Assembly (NCBI GenBank): GCA_005799545.1
Contig: SYGM01000073.1
Location: 1,190 to 65,189 of the forward strand
Length of the DNA stretch: 64,000 nucleotides
Direction of reading: 5' to 3'
Source: Planctomycetia bacterium
GTDB taxonomy: Bacteria > Planctomycetota > UBA1135 > GCA-002686595
Part shown: piece after piece, positions 26,277-35,161 of the stretch
Numbering within the stretch: the stretch's first letter is position 1
Layout: each line of letters begins with the position of its first letter
Notes under the pieces: generated by a model
Told to the model about the DNA's origin: nothing
Database searches by the model: none
Seen by the model: the letters and a program-made list of their open reading frames with translations, nothing else
Translations under genes and position numbers: made by a program

Positions 26277-27728
26277 ATGAATGACCAAGCCACCCAACGC
26301 CTCCCGCGCATCGCGCTGGTCGGGCGGCCCAATGTGGGCAAGTCGACGCTGCTCAACCGCCTGTGCGGTTCGCGCGTGTCGATCGTCGAGCCCACGGCCG
26401 GTGTGACGCGCGATCGCGTTGCCGTGCCGGCCCTGATCGGCGACGGCCAGCGCGAGGCCTGGGTCGAGGTGGTGGATACCGGCGGCATCGGCATCGTCGA
26501 CCGCGACGATCTCGGGCCTCAGGTCGAGGCGCAGATCCAGGCCGCGCTCAGTACGGCCAATCTCGTGCTGTTTCTGGTCGACGCGAAGGAAGGGCTGACC
26601 CCGCTCGACATGGAGGTAGCTTCGCGCCTGCGCGGGTTCCCCGTGCCCGTGCTGCTGGTGGTCAACAAGGTCGAGGCGCTCTCCGCGGAATGGGAAGTAG
26701 AGAGCTTCCGCCGCACGGGCATTTCCGAAGGGCCCTTCCCGATCAGCGCCCAGAACGGCGTGGGCATCGGCACGCTGGTGACCCGCGTGCTCGATCTGCT
26801 GCCGCGCAACCCCAATCCTGCGCCGCCGCAGAAGCCCGTGATGCGGCTGGCGGTGGTGGGCCAGCGCAACGCCGGCAAGTCCAGCCTGATCAATGCCTGG
26901 GCGCAGGAGGAGCGCATGATCGTCTCCGAGCGCCCGGGAACGACCCGCGACGCGGTCGATGTGTACTTCGACCGCGACGGGGAGGCCTTCGTGGCGATCG
27001 ACACGGCCGGCATCCGCCGCAAGCGCTCGATCGCCGACGCGATCGAGTTCTACTCGGATGCGCGCAGCCACCGCGCCGTGCGCCGTGCCGATGTCGTGAT
27101 CCTGCTTTTCGACGTGACGCGCAAGCTCTCCTCGATCGACAAGGAGCTCGCCCGTTACGCCATCGAGCACCACAAGCCGCTGATTCTGGGTGCCAACAAG
27201 TGGGATCTGGTCGAGAACATCAGCCCTTCTGAGTTTCAGGAGTACATCGACGCCGAGATTCCCTCGGCCAATTTCTCACCGGTATCGTTCCTCTCCGCCA
27301 AGGAAAGCCATGGAGTGGAGGAGACGCTGCGACTGGCGCGCGAGCTGTTCGAGCAGGCGCACAACCGCGTCGGCACGGGCGAGCTCAACCGCACGCTCAC
27401 GCGCGCTCTCGATGCGCGCAGTCCTACGAGCTCCGGTCACGCCGCGCGGATCTACTACGCCACGCAGGCCGATGTCGCCCCGCCGACCTTCGTGCTGTTC
27501 GTCAACGAGAAGAAGCACTTCAACAAGGACGCGATCCGCTATCTGCAGAACCGCATCCGCGCGGAGCTGCCCTTCTCCGAGATTCCGGTGCGAATCGTGC
27601 TGCGCGACCGCAACCCCGATCCGGATGAGCAGCGCCGCATGGAAGGCGACTTTGCGCGGCGCAAGGGACCCACGGGACGACTGGAAGAAGACGAAGAACG
27701 CGTCGAAGTCGAGGAGGAAGCCGAATGA
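26277..27728 (+). CDS. der: Ribosome-associated GTPase Der/EngA (two G domains + KH-like domain)
   Basis: 'IALVGRPNVGKSTLLNRL' and 'LAVVGQRNAGKSSLINA' (two P-loops), 'DTGG'/'DTAG', 'NKVE'/'NKWD'. Start at ATG 26277. Confidence 0.9.
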   Translation: MNDQATQRLPRIALVGRPNVGKSTLLNRLCGSRVSIVEPTAGVTRDRVAVPALIGDGQREAWVEVVDTGGIGIVDRDDLGPQVEAQIQAALSTANLVLFLVDAKEGLTPLDMEVASRLRGFPVPVLLVVNKVEALSAEWEVESFRRTGISEGPFPISAQNGVGIGTLVTRVLDLLPRNPNPAPPQKPVMRLAVVGQRNAGKSSLINAWAQEERMIVSERPGTTRDAVDVYFDRDGEAFVAIDTAGIRRKRSIADAIEFYSDARSHRAVRRADVVILLFDVTRKLSSIDKELARYAIEHHKPLILGANKWDLVENISPSEFQEYIDAEIPSANFSPVSFLSAKESHGVEETLRLARELFEQAHNRVGTGELNRTLTRALDARSPTSSGHAARIYYATQADVAPPTFVLFVNEKKHFNKDAIRYLQNRIRAELPFSEIPVRIVLRDRNPDPDEQRRMEGDFARRKGPTGRLEEDEERVEVEEEAE

Positions 27729-28171
27729 ACCGCATCGTGCACGCCTGCTGTCTGCTTGTGCTGTTGCTCGCAGGTTCCTGTGCCTCCACGAAACACCCCG
27801 AGCAATGGCAGCCCGCCGATGTGCGCAGCTCCAGCGAGCGCATCCTCAGCGAGGTCACGCGCCTGACGCTCGACAAGAACAACTTCCCGGGCGGTACCGG
27901 GCTGGATCCGACCACGCTTAGCATGGTCTCGGGCTGGAACATCTCGCTCGCTCCGTTTCGCGGCAAGGGCTTCCGCGAGCGCTGCCACATCCGATTTCAG
28001 CGGCTGAAGGATGGCAACTACACAGTCGAGGTGCGCGTTGAGCGCCAGCGCAACGATGACATCCTGCGTCCACTGGATCTGACCTACGCACAGTGGGAAG
28101 AGGATCCCGACAACATCGAGCGCTCGCGAGTCGTGCTGCAGTACCTGCGCTCGCTGCTTGCGCAGCAGTGA
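27725..28171 (+). CDS. Small lipoprotein of unknown function, start overlaps der stop (ATGA)
   Basis: 'MNRIVHACCLLVLLLAGSCAS' (lipobox). ATG 27725-27727 overlaps TGA 27726-27728. Confidence 0.6.
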   Translation: MNRIVHACCLLVLLLAGSCASTKHPEQWQPADVRSSSERILSEVTRLTLDKNNFPGGTGLDPTTLSMVSGWNISLAPFRGKGFRERCHIRFQRLKDGNYTVEVRVERQRNDDILRPLDLTYAQWEEDPDNIERSRVVLQYLRSLLAQQ

Positions 28172-28180
28172 GCCTGCGCC

Positions 28181-29452
28181 ATGAGTGCCCCGACCCTCGT
28201 CCTGTGCGCCGCCGGAGGTCCGCTGGAAGCGGCTGCTTCGGGTGGGAAGGGACTTGAGCTCACGCGCATCGAGGACGCGGCCGGTACACACCACATGGTG
28301 GCGCAGCTGCGGGAGCTGCTGGGTGCGCGCCGTCCTGCCTGCCTCGTGCTGCCGCGGCCCGATTCGGAGCACGAGGGCGAGCGTGCGCTTGCCATGGCGG
28401 CGGCTGCGGCGCTGGCTAGACTCGCCGAGCTGGAAGTCCGCGCGGGCTCGCCGAGCGCGCCTCCGGAGTCGTCCACGGCTCTTCTGGGCGCGTTCCGCAA
28501 GCTCGCGCAGCAGCGCGCGCGCAGTCACGGGCTGCCGACCTCCAGCGCGGTCCTGAGCTCATGGAACAAGTGCGCAGACCTTGCTGCCAATCTCGAGGCG
28601 ATCCGCGCCCAGACGCTGCCCTTTGAATCGGTGGTGGTGGTCGACAACGCCAGCCATGACGGCAGCATCGAGATGGTGCGCCGCGACTTCCCCGAGGTGC
28701 TGCTGGTGGTGATGCCGCACTCACAGTACGGCGCTTGTGAGACCTTCAACATCGGCTTTGCCTGTGCGCGCTCGGAATTCGTCGCCATCCTCGACGATGA
28801 CATCGTGATGCCGCCGGCATGGCTGGAGCGCAGCACGCGGCGCCTGGTCGCGGAGCCCGCGACGACCGCGATCGTGTCGACGCAGGTGATCGAGCCCGGC
28901 ATGCCGGAGAGCTATCGCACCTCGAAGTCGGTCAACGAAGAGCGCTACATGTCGACCTTCCGCGGCTGCGCCTCGCTGGCGCGCCATGCGGCGATCGCCA
29001 AGGCCGGGTACTACGACGAACGCCTGTTCATCTACGGCAACGAGCGCGATCTCACCTGCCGCCTGCTGAATCTGGGCTTCCGGGTGCTGCAGTACCCCGG
29101 CGTGTCGGTGTTCCACAAGACGCCCTTCGGCATCAAGCTGGGCAAGCGCTCGCTGTACTACCACGCGCGCAACGCCTTCCTCTCGATGCTGAAGTACGCG
29201 CCGCTCTCCGATCTCCTGCGCTTGCCGTTCCTCGCATTGTTTCAGGTGCTGCTGCGCGGCGAAAGAAAGGAAGCCGAGGGCAGCGTGCGCGATGCGGTCG
29301 GCACGATCGGCATCGGCCGTTCGGTGCGCGAAACACCGGGCGCCTGGTGGGTGCTCGTCAAGGCGAGCGCCTCGATCCTCTACAACATTCCGTACTGTTG
29401 GAAGCGCCGCCAGCCCTGCACGCACGAGGACTTCGAGCTGCCGCTCAAGTGA
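28181..29452 (+). CDS. Family-2 glycosyltransferase with ~110-aa N-terminal extension
   Basis: 'VVVVDNASHDGSIEMV', 'AILDDDIVMPPAWLE' (DxD). The N-terminal 110 aa have no recognisable family. Confidence 0.7.
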   Translation: MSAPTLVLCAAGGPLEAAASGGKGLELTRIEDAAGTHHMVAQLRELLGARRPACLVLPRPDSEHEGERALAMAAAAALARLAELEVRAGSPSAPPESSTALLGAFRKLAQQRARSHGLPTSSAVLSSWNKCADLAANLEAIRAQTLPFESVVVVDNASHDGSIEMVRRDFPEVLLVVMPHSQYGACETFNIGFACARSEFVAILDDDIVMPPAWLERSTRRLVAEPATTAIVSTQVIEPGMPESYRTSKSVNEERYMSTFRGCASLARHAAIAKAGYYDERLFIYGNERDLTCRLLNLGFRVLQYPGVSVFHKTPFGIKLGKRSLYYHARNAFLSMLKYAPLSDLLRLPFLALFQVLLRGERKEAEGSVRDAVGTIGIGRSVRETPGAWWVLVKASASILYNIPYCWKRRQPCTHEDFELPLK

Positions 29453-29456
29453 GCGC

Positions 29457-30770
29457 TCAGCGCACGCGCTGGTACAATACCCAGCGGTAGGCCGAGGGAC
29501 CCGCGCCGGTGAACTCGCGCGAGCGCCGGTAATTCGAGCCGCGATCGGCGAAGTTCTCGGGCGGAAGCTCTGCCGAGGCAATGACGATCCACTCCACGCC
29601 CTCCGGCCCGATCTGCGCGGGCTCCACCCAGCGCAGGCCGCGACCGGCCACGAACTGCGCGTGGTAGGCGAGTGTCTTGCGCGTGTCGAAGGCGATGTCG
29701 CTGGAAACAGTCGGCACGGTTTCGCGGGACTGTTCCAGCATCCAGGCGATGGCGGCGCGGTACTCGCCGCGTCCGGCACGCGCCCAGGCGAGCGACTGCG
29801 CGAGGTTGCCGACGCAGATCAGCGTGGTCACCAGCAGACCCGTGCGCCCCGCGCGCCCCAGCGCGCCGCCGGCCAGCAGCGGCACGAAGGCAAGCGGCAG
29901 CAGGAAATAACGCAGCGCCACGAAGGAAGGATTGAGGATCAGGAAGGTCAAAAGCGGAGGCAGCAGCAGCAGCGTGCCGTACATGGCCAGCTCTCCGTGG
30001 CTTCTGCGCAGGCTCCAGCCCAGCAGAGCCAGTAACGCCGCCAGTACGAGCATGCCCGGCATGCCCGACAGTCCCAGCAGCTGCACGGCCGCATCCTGTC
30101 CCAGGCTGCCGAAGCTCCACGCGTCGCCGCCGCCCACAGCCATGCCGGAGATGAAGTACAGATACCAGCCGGCGCTGAATGCCAGCGGCGGCAGCAGCAC
30201 CCAGGGCGAGCGCCGCAGCACCAGCTCGCGCACACCCACAGCCGCCAGAGCGAACACGAAACTGAAGTGCGAGAGCAGTCCGACGGCGCAGAACAGGCTG
30301 AACCAGGCGGTGCGTCCGCGGGCCTGCGTTTCCAGCATGAGCGCCGCGGCGTAGACCATGCACAGCGCCAGCGCGTAGCCGCGCGCTTCGCTGGAGTAGT
30401 AGGCGAGCAGCGTGGAGCTGGCGAGGAGTGCGGCGGATAGGACCCCGGCGCGCGGGCTGAAGACGCGCGCGGTCCACAGCGCGCCGAGCAGCACGGCCGC
30501 GCTGCCTGCGAGTATCGGCAGCGCGCGCTGCACGAGGGCCTGCTCCTGAGGGCCGAGCAGCCGGAGCATCAGCGTGTTGAGCGGGTGGTTGTTGTCGTGG
30601 CGCAGCGTGAAGGCCGCCAGCGGGCCGTCGAGTCCGCGGGCAAAGTCCGCTGACCAGATTTCGTCGAGCCACAGCTCGCCGCGGCCGAGCAGCAGCCGCA
30701 GCGCCAGGCCCAGCAGCACGAAGGCGCCGATCCAGATTCGGTCCCGGCGGCTGAGGGGCAGCTTCTCCAC
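29457..30770 (-). CDS. Polytopic membrane glycosyltransferase, GT39/ArnT (PMT_2)-like
   Basis: 'LPLSRRDRIWIGAFVLLGLALRLLLGRGELWLDEIWSADFA' is followed by about 10 hydrophobic segments. Start uncertain: GTG 30770 (short model) or ATG 30998 (long model, which would overlap the divergent GT2 gene and contain the 14-nt repeat). Confidence 0.55.
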   Translation of the reverse strand: MEKLPLSRRDRIWIGAFVLLGLALRLLLGRGELWLDEIWSADFARGLDGPLAAFTLRHDNNHPLNTLMLRLLGPQEQALVQRALPILAGSAAVLLGALWTARVFSPRAGVLSAALLASSTLLAYYSSEARGYALALCMVYAAALMLETQARGRTAWFSLFCAVGLLSHFSFVFALAAVGVRELVLRRSPWVLLPPLAFSAGWYLYFISGMAVGGGDAWSFGSLGQDAAVQLLGLSGMPGMLVLAALLALLGWSLRRSHGELAMYGTLLLLPPLLTFLILNPSFVALRYFLLPLAFVPLLAGGALGRAGRTGLLVTTLICVGNLAQSLAWARAGRGEYRAAIAWMLEQSRETVPTVSSDIAFDTRKTLAYHAQFVAGRGLRWVEPAQIGPEGVEWIVIASAELPPENFADRGSNYRRSREFTGAGPSAYRWVLYQRVR

Positions 30771-30845
30771 GCCGCCGATGCTGCCCGAGCGCAGCCTCGC
30801 ACTCAAGTCCGCGGGCCGGACTCCCGCTGGGGAACGCGCGCCCCT

Positions 30846-30892
30846 GAAGGTCGAATGCGGAAGGTCCGATGCGGAAAGTCCGATGCGGAAGG
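30846..30892. repeat. 14-nt tandem repeat, three full copies plus a partial one (tcgaatgcggaagg / tccgatgcggaaag / tccgatgcggaagg)
   Basis: Read directly: units at 30851-30864, 30865-30878 and 30879-30892, preceded by a partial 'tgaagg'. The third copy supplies the ATG (30883) of the GT2 gene. Confidence 0.9.
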
Positions 30893-32031
30893 GAGCTGTT
30901 GAAACAGTGGATCTGGAAGCGGGGCCTTTCGGATGGAAGAGTGGGGGACAGGTGTCCCTCCCCGTGCGTTCCCCTCCGGTCAGCGTCGTCGTCGTCAATT
31001 ACAACGGCGAGCACTATCTCGGCGAGTGCCTGCGCGCGATTCTCGCGCAGGAGCCCGCACCCGCTGAGGTGCTGGTGGTCGACAATGCCTCCACGGACGG
31101 CAGTCGGGCCCGACTCGAGCCCTTCGGCGAGCGCGTGCGCTGGCTGGGGCTCGAGCGCAACGAGGGGCCGTCACCGGCGCGCAATCATGGTCTCGCCCAG
31201 GCTGCGCACGAGTGGGTGCTGCTTGTGGACAACGATGCGGTGCTGATGCCGGGCACGCTGGCGGCGCTGCTCGAGGCCGCCTTGTCGAGCCCCGATGCGG
31301 CGCTGGTGCAGCCGCGCAGCGTGTTCTTCGACGAGCCGACCCGCGTGCACTACGACGGCGGCCGGTTCCATTACTGCGGACTGATCTCGCTGGCGAACTT
31401 TTATGTCCCGCTGTCGCAGGCGCAAGGCACCGGAACGCTGGAGCGCGATTGCGCCGTCAGCGTGGTGCTGCTTGCGCGGCGTTCGACGCTGCTGCAGCTG
31501 GGCGGTTTCGAGCCGCGCTACTTCATCCTGTTCGAGGATCTGGATCTGTCCTACCGGCTGCGGCTCGCCGGGCACACCATCTTCAGCGTCGAAGACGCGC
31601 TCGTGCTGCACAAGGGCGGCACGGGCGGCATCAGCTTCCGCAAGGGGCCGCGCTATCCCGCCCGCCGCGTGTTCCTGCACGCGCGCAATCGCTGGATCTT
31701 CCTCGTGCGCAATCTGTCGCTCGTGACGCTGCTGTGTGCGCTGCCGGGCCTGATGCTGTATGAGCTCGCCGGCTTTGTCTTCGCGCTGCTGGCGCTCGCT
31801 CCGCACCAGTGGCTGCTCGGCAAGCTCGACTGCCTGCGCATGCTGCCGGCGCTGCTGTCGGAGCGCCGACGCATCCAGGCCACACGCCGCAGAAGCGACC
31901 GGGAGCTGCTGCCGGTCGTGCCTCTGACCGTCACGCCCGATGCGCGGCGCGGTCTGCGCGGCGTGGCGGAGCGCGCGCTGTCCGCCGCCTTGAGCGCTTG
32001 GTGGCATTTGGCGCGCATTCTGCTGCCCTGA
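30883..32031 (+). CDS. Family-2 glycosyltransferase
   Basis: 'VSVVVVNYNGEHYLGECLRAILAQ', 'VVDNASTDGS', 'LLVDNDAVLMPG'. C-terminal hydrophobic segments. Start at ATG 30883. Confidence 0.75.
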   Translation: MRKGAVETVDLEAGPFGWKSGGQVSLPVRSPPVSVVVVNYNGEHYLGECLRAILAQEPAPAEVLVVDNASTDGSRARLEPFGERVRWLGLERNEGPSPARNHGLAQAAHEWVLLVDNDAVLMPGTLAALLEAALSSPDAALVQPRSVFFDEPTRVHYDGGRFHYCGLISLANFYVPLSQAQGTGTLERDCAVSVVLLARRSTLLQLGGFEPRYFILFEDLDLSYRLRLAGHTIFSVEDALVLHKGGTGGISFRKGPRYPARRVFLHARNRWIFLVRNLSLVTLLCALPGLMLYELAGFVFALLALAPHQWLLGKLDCLRMLPALLSERRRIQATRRRSDRELLPVVPLTVTPDARRGLRGVAERALSAALSAWWHLARILLP

Positions 32032-32061
32032 AGGCCGGGGCGCACTAGGATCTGCGCCCGC

Positions 32062-33252
32062 ATGAGCAAGGCAAAGCTGACAGGCAAGGGCCGACGCTGG
32101 CTGGAGAGTGGGCATCCGTGGATCTACCGGGATGATCTCGCACAACTGCCCGCCGAGGACGGCGGCATCTGCGAGCTGGAAGGCCCGCGCGGGGAGAGTC
32201 TGGGCTTCGCCGCCTACAGCGCCGCCTCGCGCATCGCGCTGCGGCTGATCACGCGGCGCAAGGAAGCTCCTGATGCAGCATTCTGGCGCGCTCGCGTGCA
32301 GGCAGCGGTCGAACGACGCGCGCGATTGGGTCTGTCCGATCCGGCCGGAGCCGCGCGCCTGATCGCCGGCGATGCCGACGGTGTGCCGGGTCTGGTGGTG
32401 GATCGCTATGCCGATGCGCTGGTCGTGCAGAGCGGCACGCTGTTCGCCGACCGCATGCGCGACTCGATCCTTGAGAGCGTGCGCGCCGTTCTCGAACAGC
32501 CGATCCGCTGCGTGGTCGAGCGCTCGGATTCCTCCGTGCGGCGGCTGGAGAGCCTGGAGGAACGCAAGTCGGTGCTGGAGGGCGAGCTGCCTTCGGAACT
32601 GCTCGTGCGCGAGGATCAGCTGGTCTTCGAGGTCGATCTGCTCGGCGGGCACAAGACCGGTCACTACCTCGATCAGCGTGAGAACCGTCGCCGGGCGAGC
32701 GCTCACGCCCGCGGACGGCGCTGCCTCGATGTGTTCTGCTACGACGGCCTGTTCGGCATTCGCATGGCGCTTCAGGGCGCAGCGGAAGTGCTGTGCATCG
32801 ACCAGTCGCAGGCGGCGCTCGAACGCGTGCAGCGCAATGCCGCGCGCAACGGGGTCGCCGAACGGGTGCGCGTGCACAAGGCCGATGCGCTGCACGACCT
32901 GCGCGCGCGCGTCGAAGCCGGCGAGCGCTACGGATTGGTGGTGGTGGACCCGCCGGCCTTCGCCAAGAACCGCGCACAGGTCGAGGGCGCCCGGCGCGGC
33001 TACACCGAGCTGCATCGCCGCGGCATCGAGCTGACCGAGCCAGGCGGCCACTTCGTCAGCGCCTCCTGTTCCTACAACGTGCGCGCGCACGAGTTCGTCG
33101 AGCTGGTGCGCGACGGAGCGGCGCTGGCCCGCCGCGAGGCCTGGCTGCTCGCGCTGGAGGGGGCCGCCCCCGACCACCCGCACCTCCTCACGCTGCCGGA
33201 GACGCACTACCTGAAGTGCGCCTTTGTCGCGGTCGGGGCCAGGACCGATTGA
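32062..33252 (+). CDS. rlmI: Class I SAM-dependent rRNA (m5C) methyltransferase, RlmI-like (PUA + MTase)
   Basis: 'GRRWLESGHPWIYRDDL' (N-terminal PUA-type block), 'DGVPGLVVDRY', 'LDVFCYDGLFGI', 'VVVDPPAF'. Confidence 0.7.
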   Translation: MSKAKLTGKGRRWLESGHPWIYRDDLAQLPAEDGGICELEGPRGESLGFAAYSAASRIALRLITRRKEAPDAAFWRARVQAAVERRARLGLSDPAGAARLIAGDADGVPGLVVDRYADALVVQSGTLFADRMRDSILESVRAVLEQPIRCVVERSDSSVRRLESLEERKSVLEGELPSELLVREDQLVFEVDLLGGHKTGHYLDQRENRRRASAHARGRRCLDVFCYDGLFGIRMALQGAAEVLCIDQSQAALERVQRNAARNGVAERVRVHKADALHDLRARVEAGERYGLVVVDPPAFAKNRAQVEGARRGYTELHRRGIELTEPGGHFVSASCSYNVRAHEFVELVRDGAALARREAWLLALEGAAPDHPHLLTLPETHYLKCAFVAVGARTD

Positions 33253-33288
33253 GCCAGACGGCGCTTTCTGGGAGACTGCCCCTCCCCC

Positions 33289-33501
33289 ATGAGCCGCCCG
33301 ATCCAGATCCGCGTCAACGGCGAGCCGCGCGAGGTGCCCGAGGGCACCAGCGTGGAAGCCCTGCTGGGCGTGCTCATGCTGCCGCGGGATGCCGTGGCGG
33401 TTGAGCGCAACGCGCGCCTCGTTCGCAAGCAGGAGCGCGAACGCACGCTGCTCGCGGCAGGGGATCAGATCGAGATCGTCACACTGGTCGGAGGTGGCTG
33501 A
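33289..33501 (+). CDS. thiS: Sulfur-carrier protein ThiS
   Basis: 70 aa with a ubiquitin-like pattern, ending '...GDQIEIVTLVGGG'. Lies directly upstream of thiG. Confidence 0.8.
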   Translation: MSRPIQIRVNGEPREVPEGTSVEALLGVLMLPRDAVAVERNARLVRKQERERTLLAAGDQIEIVTLVGGG

Positions 33502-33503
33502 GT

Positions 33504-34313
33504 ATGCAGCAGGATCCCACTCGGGATGATCCGCTCACGGTTGGTTCGCACACGCTGCGCTCGCGGCTGCTCGTCGGCACCGGCAAGTACAAGAGCTTCG
33601 AGGAGACGCGCGCGGCACTGGAGATCAGCGGCACCGACTGCGTCACCGTGGCGGTGCGGCGCGTCAACCTCGATCCCAAGGCCGGCCCTTCGCTGCTCGA
33701 GTTCATCGATCGGCGTCGTTACACGATCCGGCCCAACACCGCCGGCTGCTTCGACGCCGCCAGCGCGATCCGCACCGCGGAACTCGCGCGGGATGTGCTC
33801 GACACCAATCTGGTCTAGCTGGAAGTGCTCGGCGATCCGCGCACGCTGCTGCCCGATCCGATCGGCACGCTGGAGGCGACTCGTGAGCTCGTCGCGCAGG
33901 GCTTTGAGGTGCTGGTGTACTGCTCCGATGACCCGCGCATGTGCGTGCGGCTGGCGGAACTCGGCGCGAAGAGCGTGATGCCCGCGGGCTCGCCGATCGG
34001 CTCGGGTCAGGGCGTGCTCAATCCCAACGCAATCCGCATCATCCTGGAGCTCGTCGAGGTCCCGGTGATCGTCGATGCGGGCGTCGGCACGGCCTCGGAT
34101 GTGGCCTTTGCCATGGAACTCGGCGCGGCGGGCGTGCTGCTCAACACGGCCATCGCCGGTGCACAGGATCCGCTGCGCATGGCCGCCGCGATGAAGGCGG
34201 CCTGCTTTGCCGGACGGCAGGCCTGGCTGGCGGGGCGCATTCCGCGCCGCCTGTACGCCAACGCCTCCTCGCCGATGGAAGGCCGGATCGCCGGAGCCGG
34301 GAGCGGCGCATGA
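33504..34313 (+). pseudogene. thiG: Thiazole synthase ThiG interrupted by one in-frame TAG (33816-33818)
   Basis: ORFs 33504..33818 and 33825..34313 are in the same frame. Joined, they read '...RSRLLVGTGKY...IRPNTAGC...[19 protein letters not shown]...[12 protein letters not shown]...[12 protein letters not shown]...GVLLNTAIA', which is ThiG from end to end. Confidence 0.85.
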
Positions 34314-35161
34314 ACGCACAGGGTATCAACTGGAATGACGCACTGGTCGTTGGACTGGCGCTCGTGGCCGCGACGATCGCGCTGGTGCCGCTGGTGATCC
34401 TGCTGGTGCAGCGCATCTACCCCGGGCGCAACGTCTACTTCGCGCGCTGGGGCTTCTCGCACGTCGTGGTCGCGCTGGCCGTGATCCTGCTCTCCATGGC
34501 CGTCGTCGGCTGGCTGTGGCCCGTGCCCGAGGGGCAGCGGCTGGACGCGGTCGATGCGCTTTCGCGCACGGCGCTGGGACTGGGACTGGGCTGTGCCAGC
34601 GTGGCGGCCTTTGCCGCGCGCCTGGCGCCTGAGGGCATTCGCGCTCTGGGGTTGGCGCGCGGACGGCATGGCAGCGCCGTGCTGGCCGGAGTCCTGAGCT
34701 ACTTCCTGCTGCTGCCGGGACTGTTCGGCGTGATGATCGTCTGGAAGGTGATCCTCGACAAGCTCGCACCCGGCCATGAACCGCAGGCCGTGATGCAGAT
34801 GATGCTGGAGTTGTCACCGGATCGCCGTCTGATGGCGGTGTTCTTCGGCGTCCTGCTGATTCCCTTGTTCGAGGAGCTGCTGTTCCGTGCCTTCCTGCAG
34901 CCGCTGCTGGTGCAGAACGTTCGCGATCGGCTGGGCATCGTCGTCACCGCGCTGATCTTCGGCCTGCTGCACGGCACCGCGGCCTGCGTGCCGGTCTTCG
35001 CACTGGCGCTGCTGCTCGGCGGCCTGATGCTGCGCACGCAGAGCCTGATCGCGGTCTGGGCCGTGCACGCGCTGCACAACGGGCTGATGTTCGTCGTGAT
35101 CTTCGTGTTCCCGGAAGCCGTGCGCAATCTGCAGTCGCAGGGCCTTGTGATCTGGCCATGA
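34310..35161 (+). CDS. CPBP-family intramembrane glutamic endopeptidase (CAAX protease-like)
   Basis: ATG 34310 overlaps the thiG TGA (ATGA). Motifs '[14 protein letters not shown]', 'FGLLHG', 'HALHNG'. Multiple TMs. Confidence 0.8.
   Translation: MNAQGINWNDALVVGLALVAATIALVPLVILLVQRIYPGRNVYFARWGFSHVVVALAVILLSMAVVGWLWPVPEGQRLDAVDALSRTALGLGLGCASVAAFAARLAPEGIRALGLARGRHGSAVLAGVLSYFLLLPGLFGVMIVWKVILDKLAPGHEPQAVMQMMLELSPDRRLMAVFFGVLLIPLFEELLFRAFLQPLLVQNVRDRLGIVVTALIFGLLHGTAACVPVFALALLLGGLMLRTQSLIAVWAVHALHNGLMFVVIFVFPEAVRNLQSQGLVIWP

Noticed and set aside
24332-26494. 720-aa minus-strand ORF overlapping the symporter and MBOAT genes in another frame. Similar out-of-frame cases: 29380..31014 (544 aa) and 23896..24696.
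   Set aside because: These are same-strand, out-of-frame ORFs that span real gene boundaries. They are Arg/Pro/Gly/Ala-rich, whereas the alternative frames give hydrophobic polytopic transporters or transferases with known motifs.
33180-33288. Possible TPP (THI-box) riboswitch upstream of thiS.
   Set aside because: Only 36 nt separate rlmI from thiS. The region, including the rlmI 3' end, lacks the ordered GGGGUGC ... CUGAGA ... ACCUGA ... GCG-AGGGA elements. 'ctgggagactgcc' is only a superficial resemblance. An Rfam scan would settle it.
33816-33818. Reading the thiG TAG as pyrrolysine or another recoded amino acid.
   Set aside because: TAG terminates several well-defined genes in this same window. 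No pyl genes are visible and the lineage is not one known for Pyl. A point mutation (AAG to TAG) or a sequence error is far more parsimonious. Kept only as a formal check.
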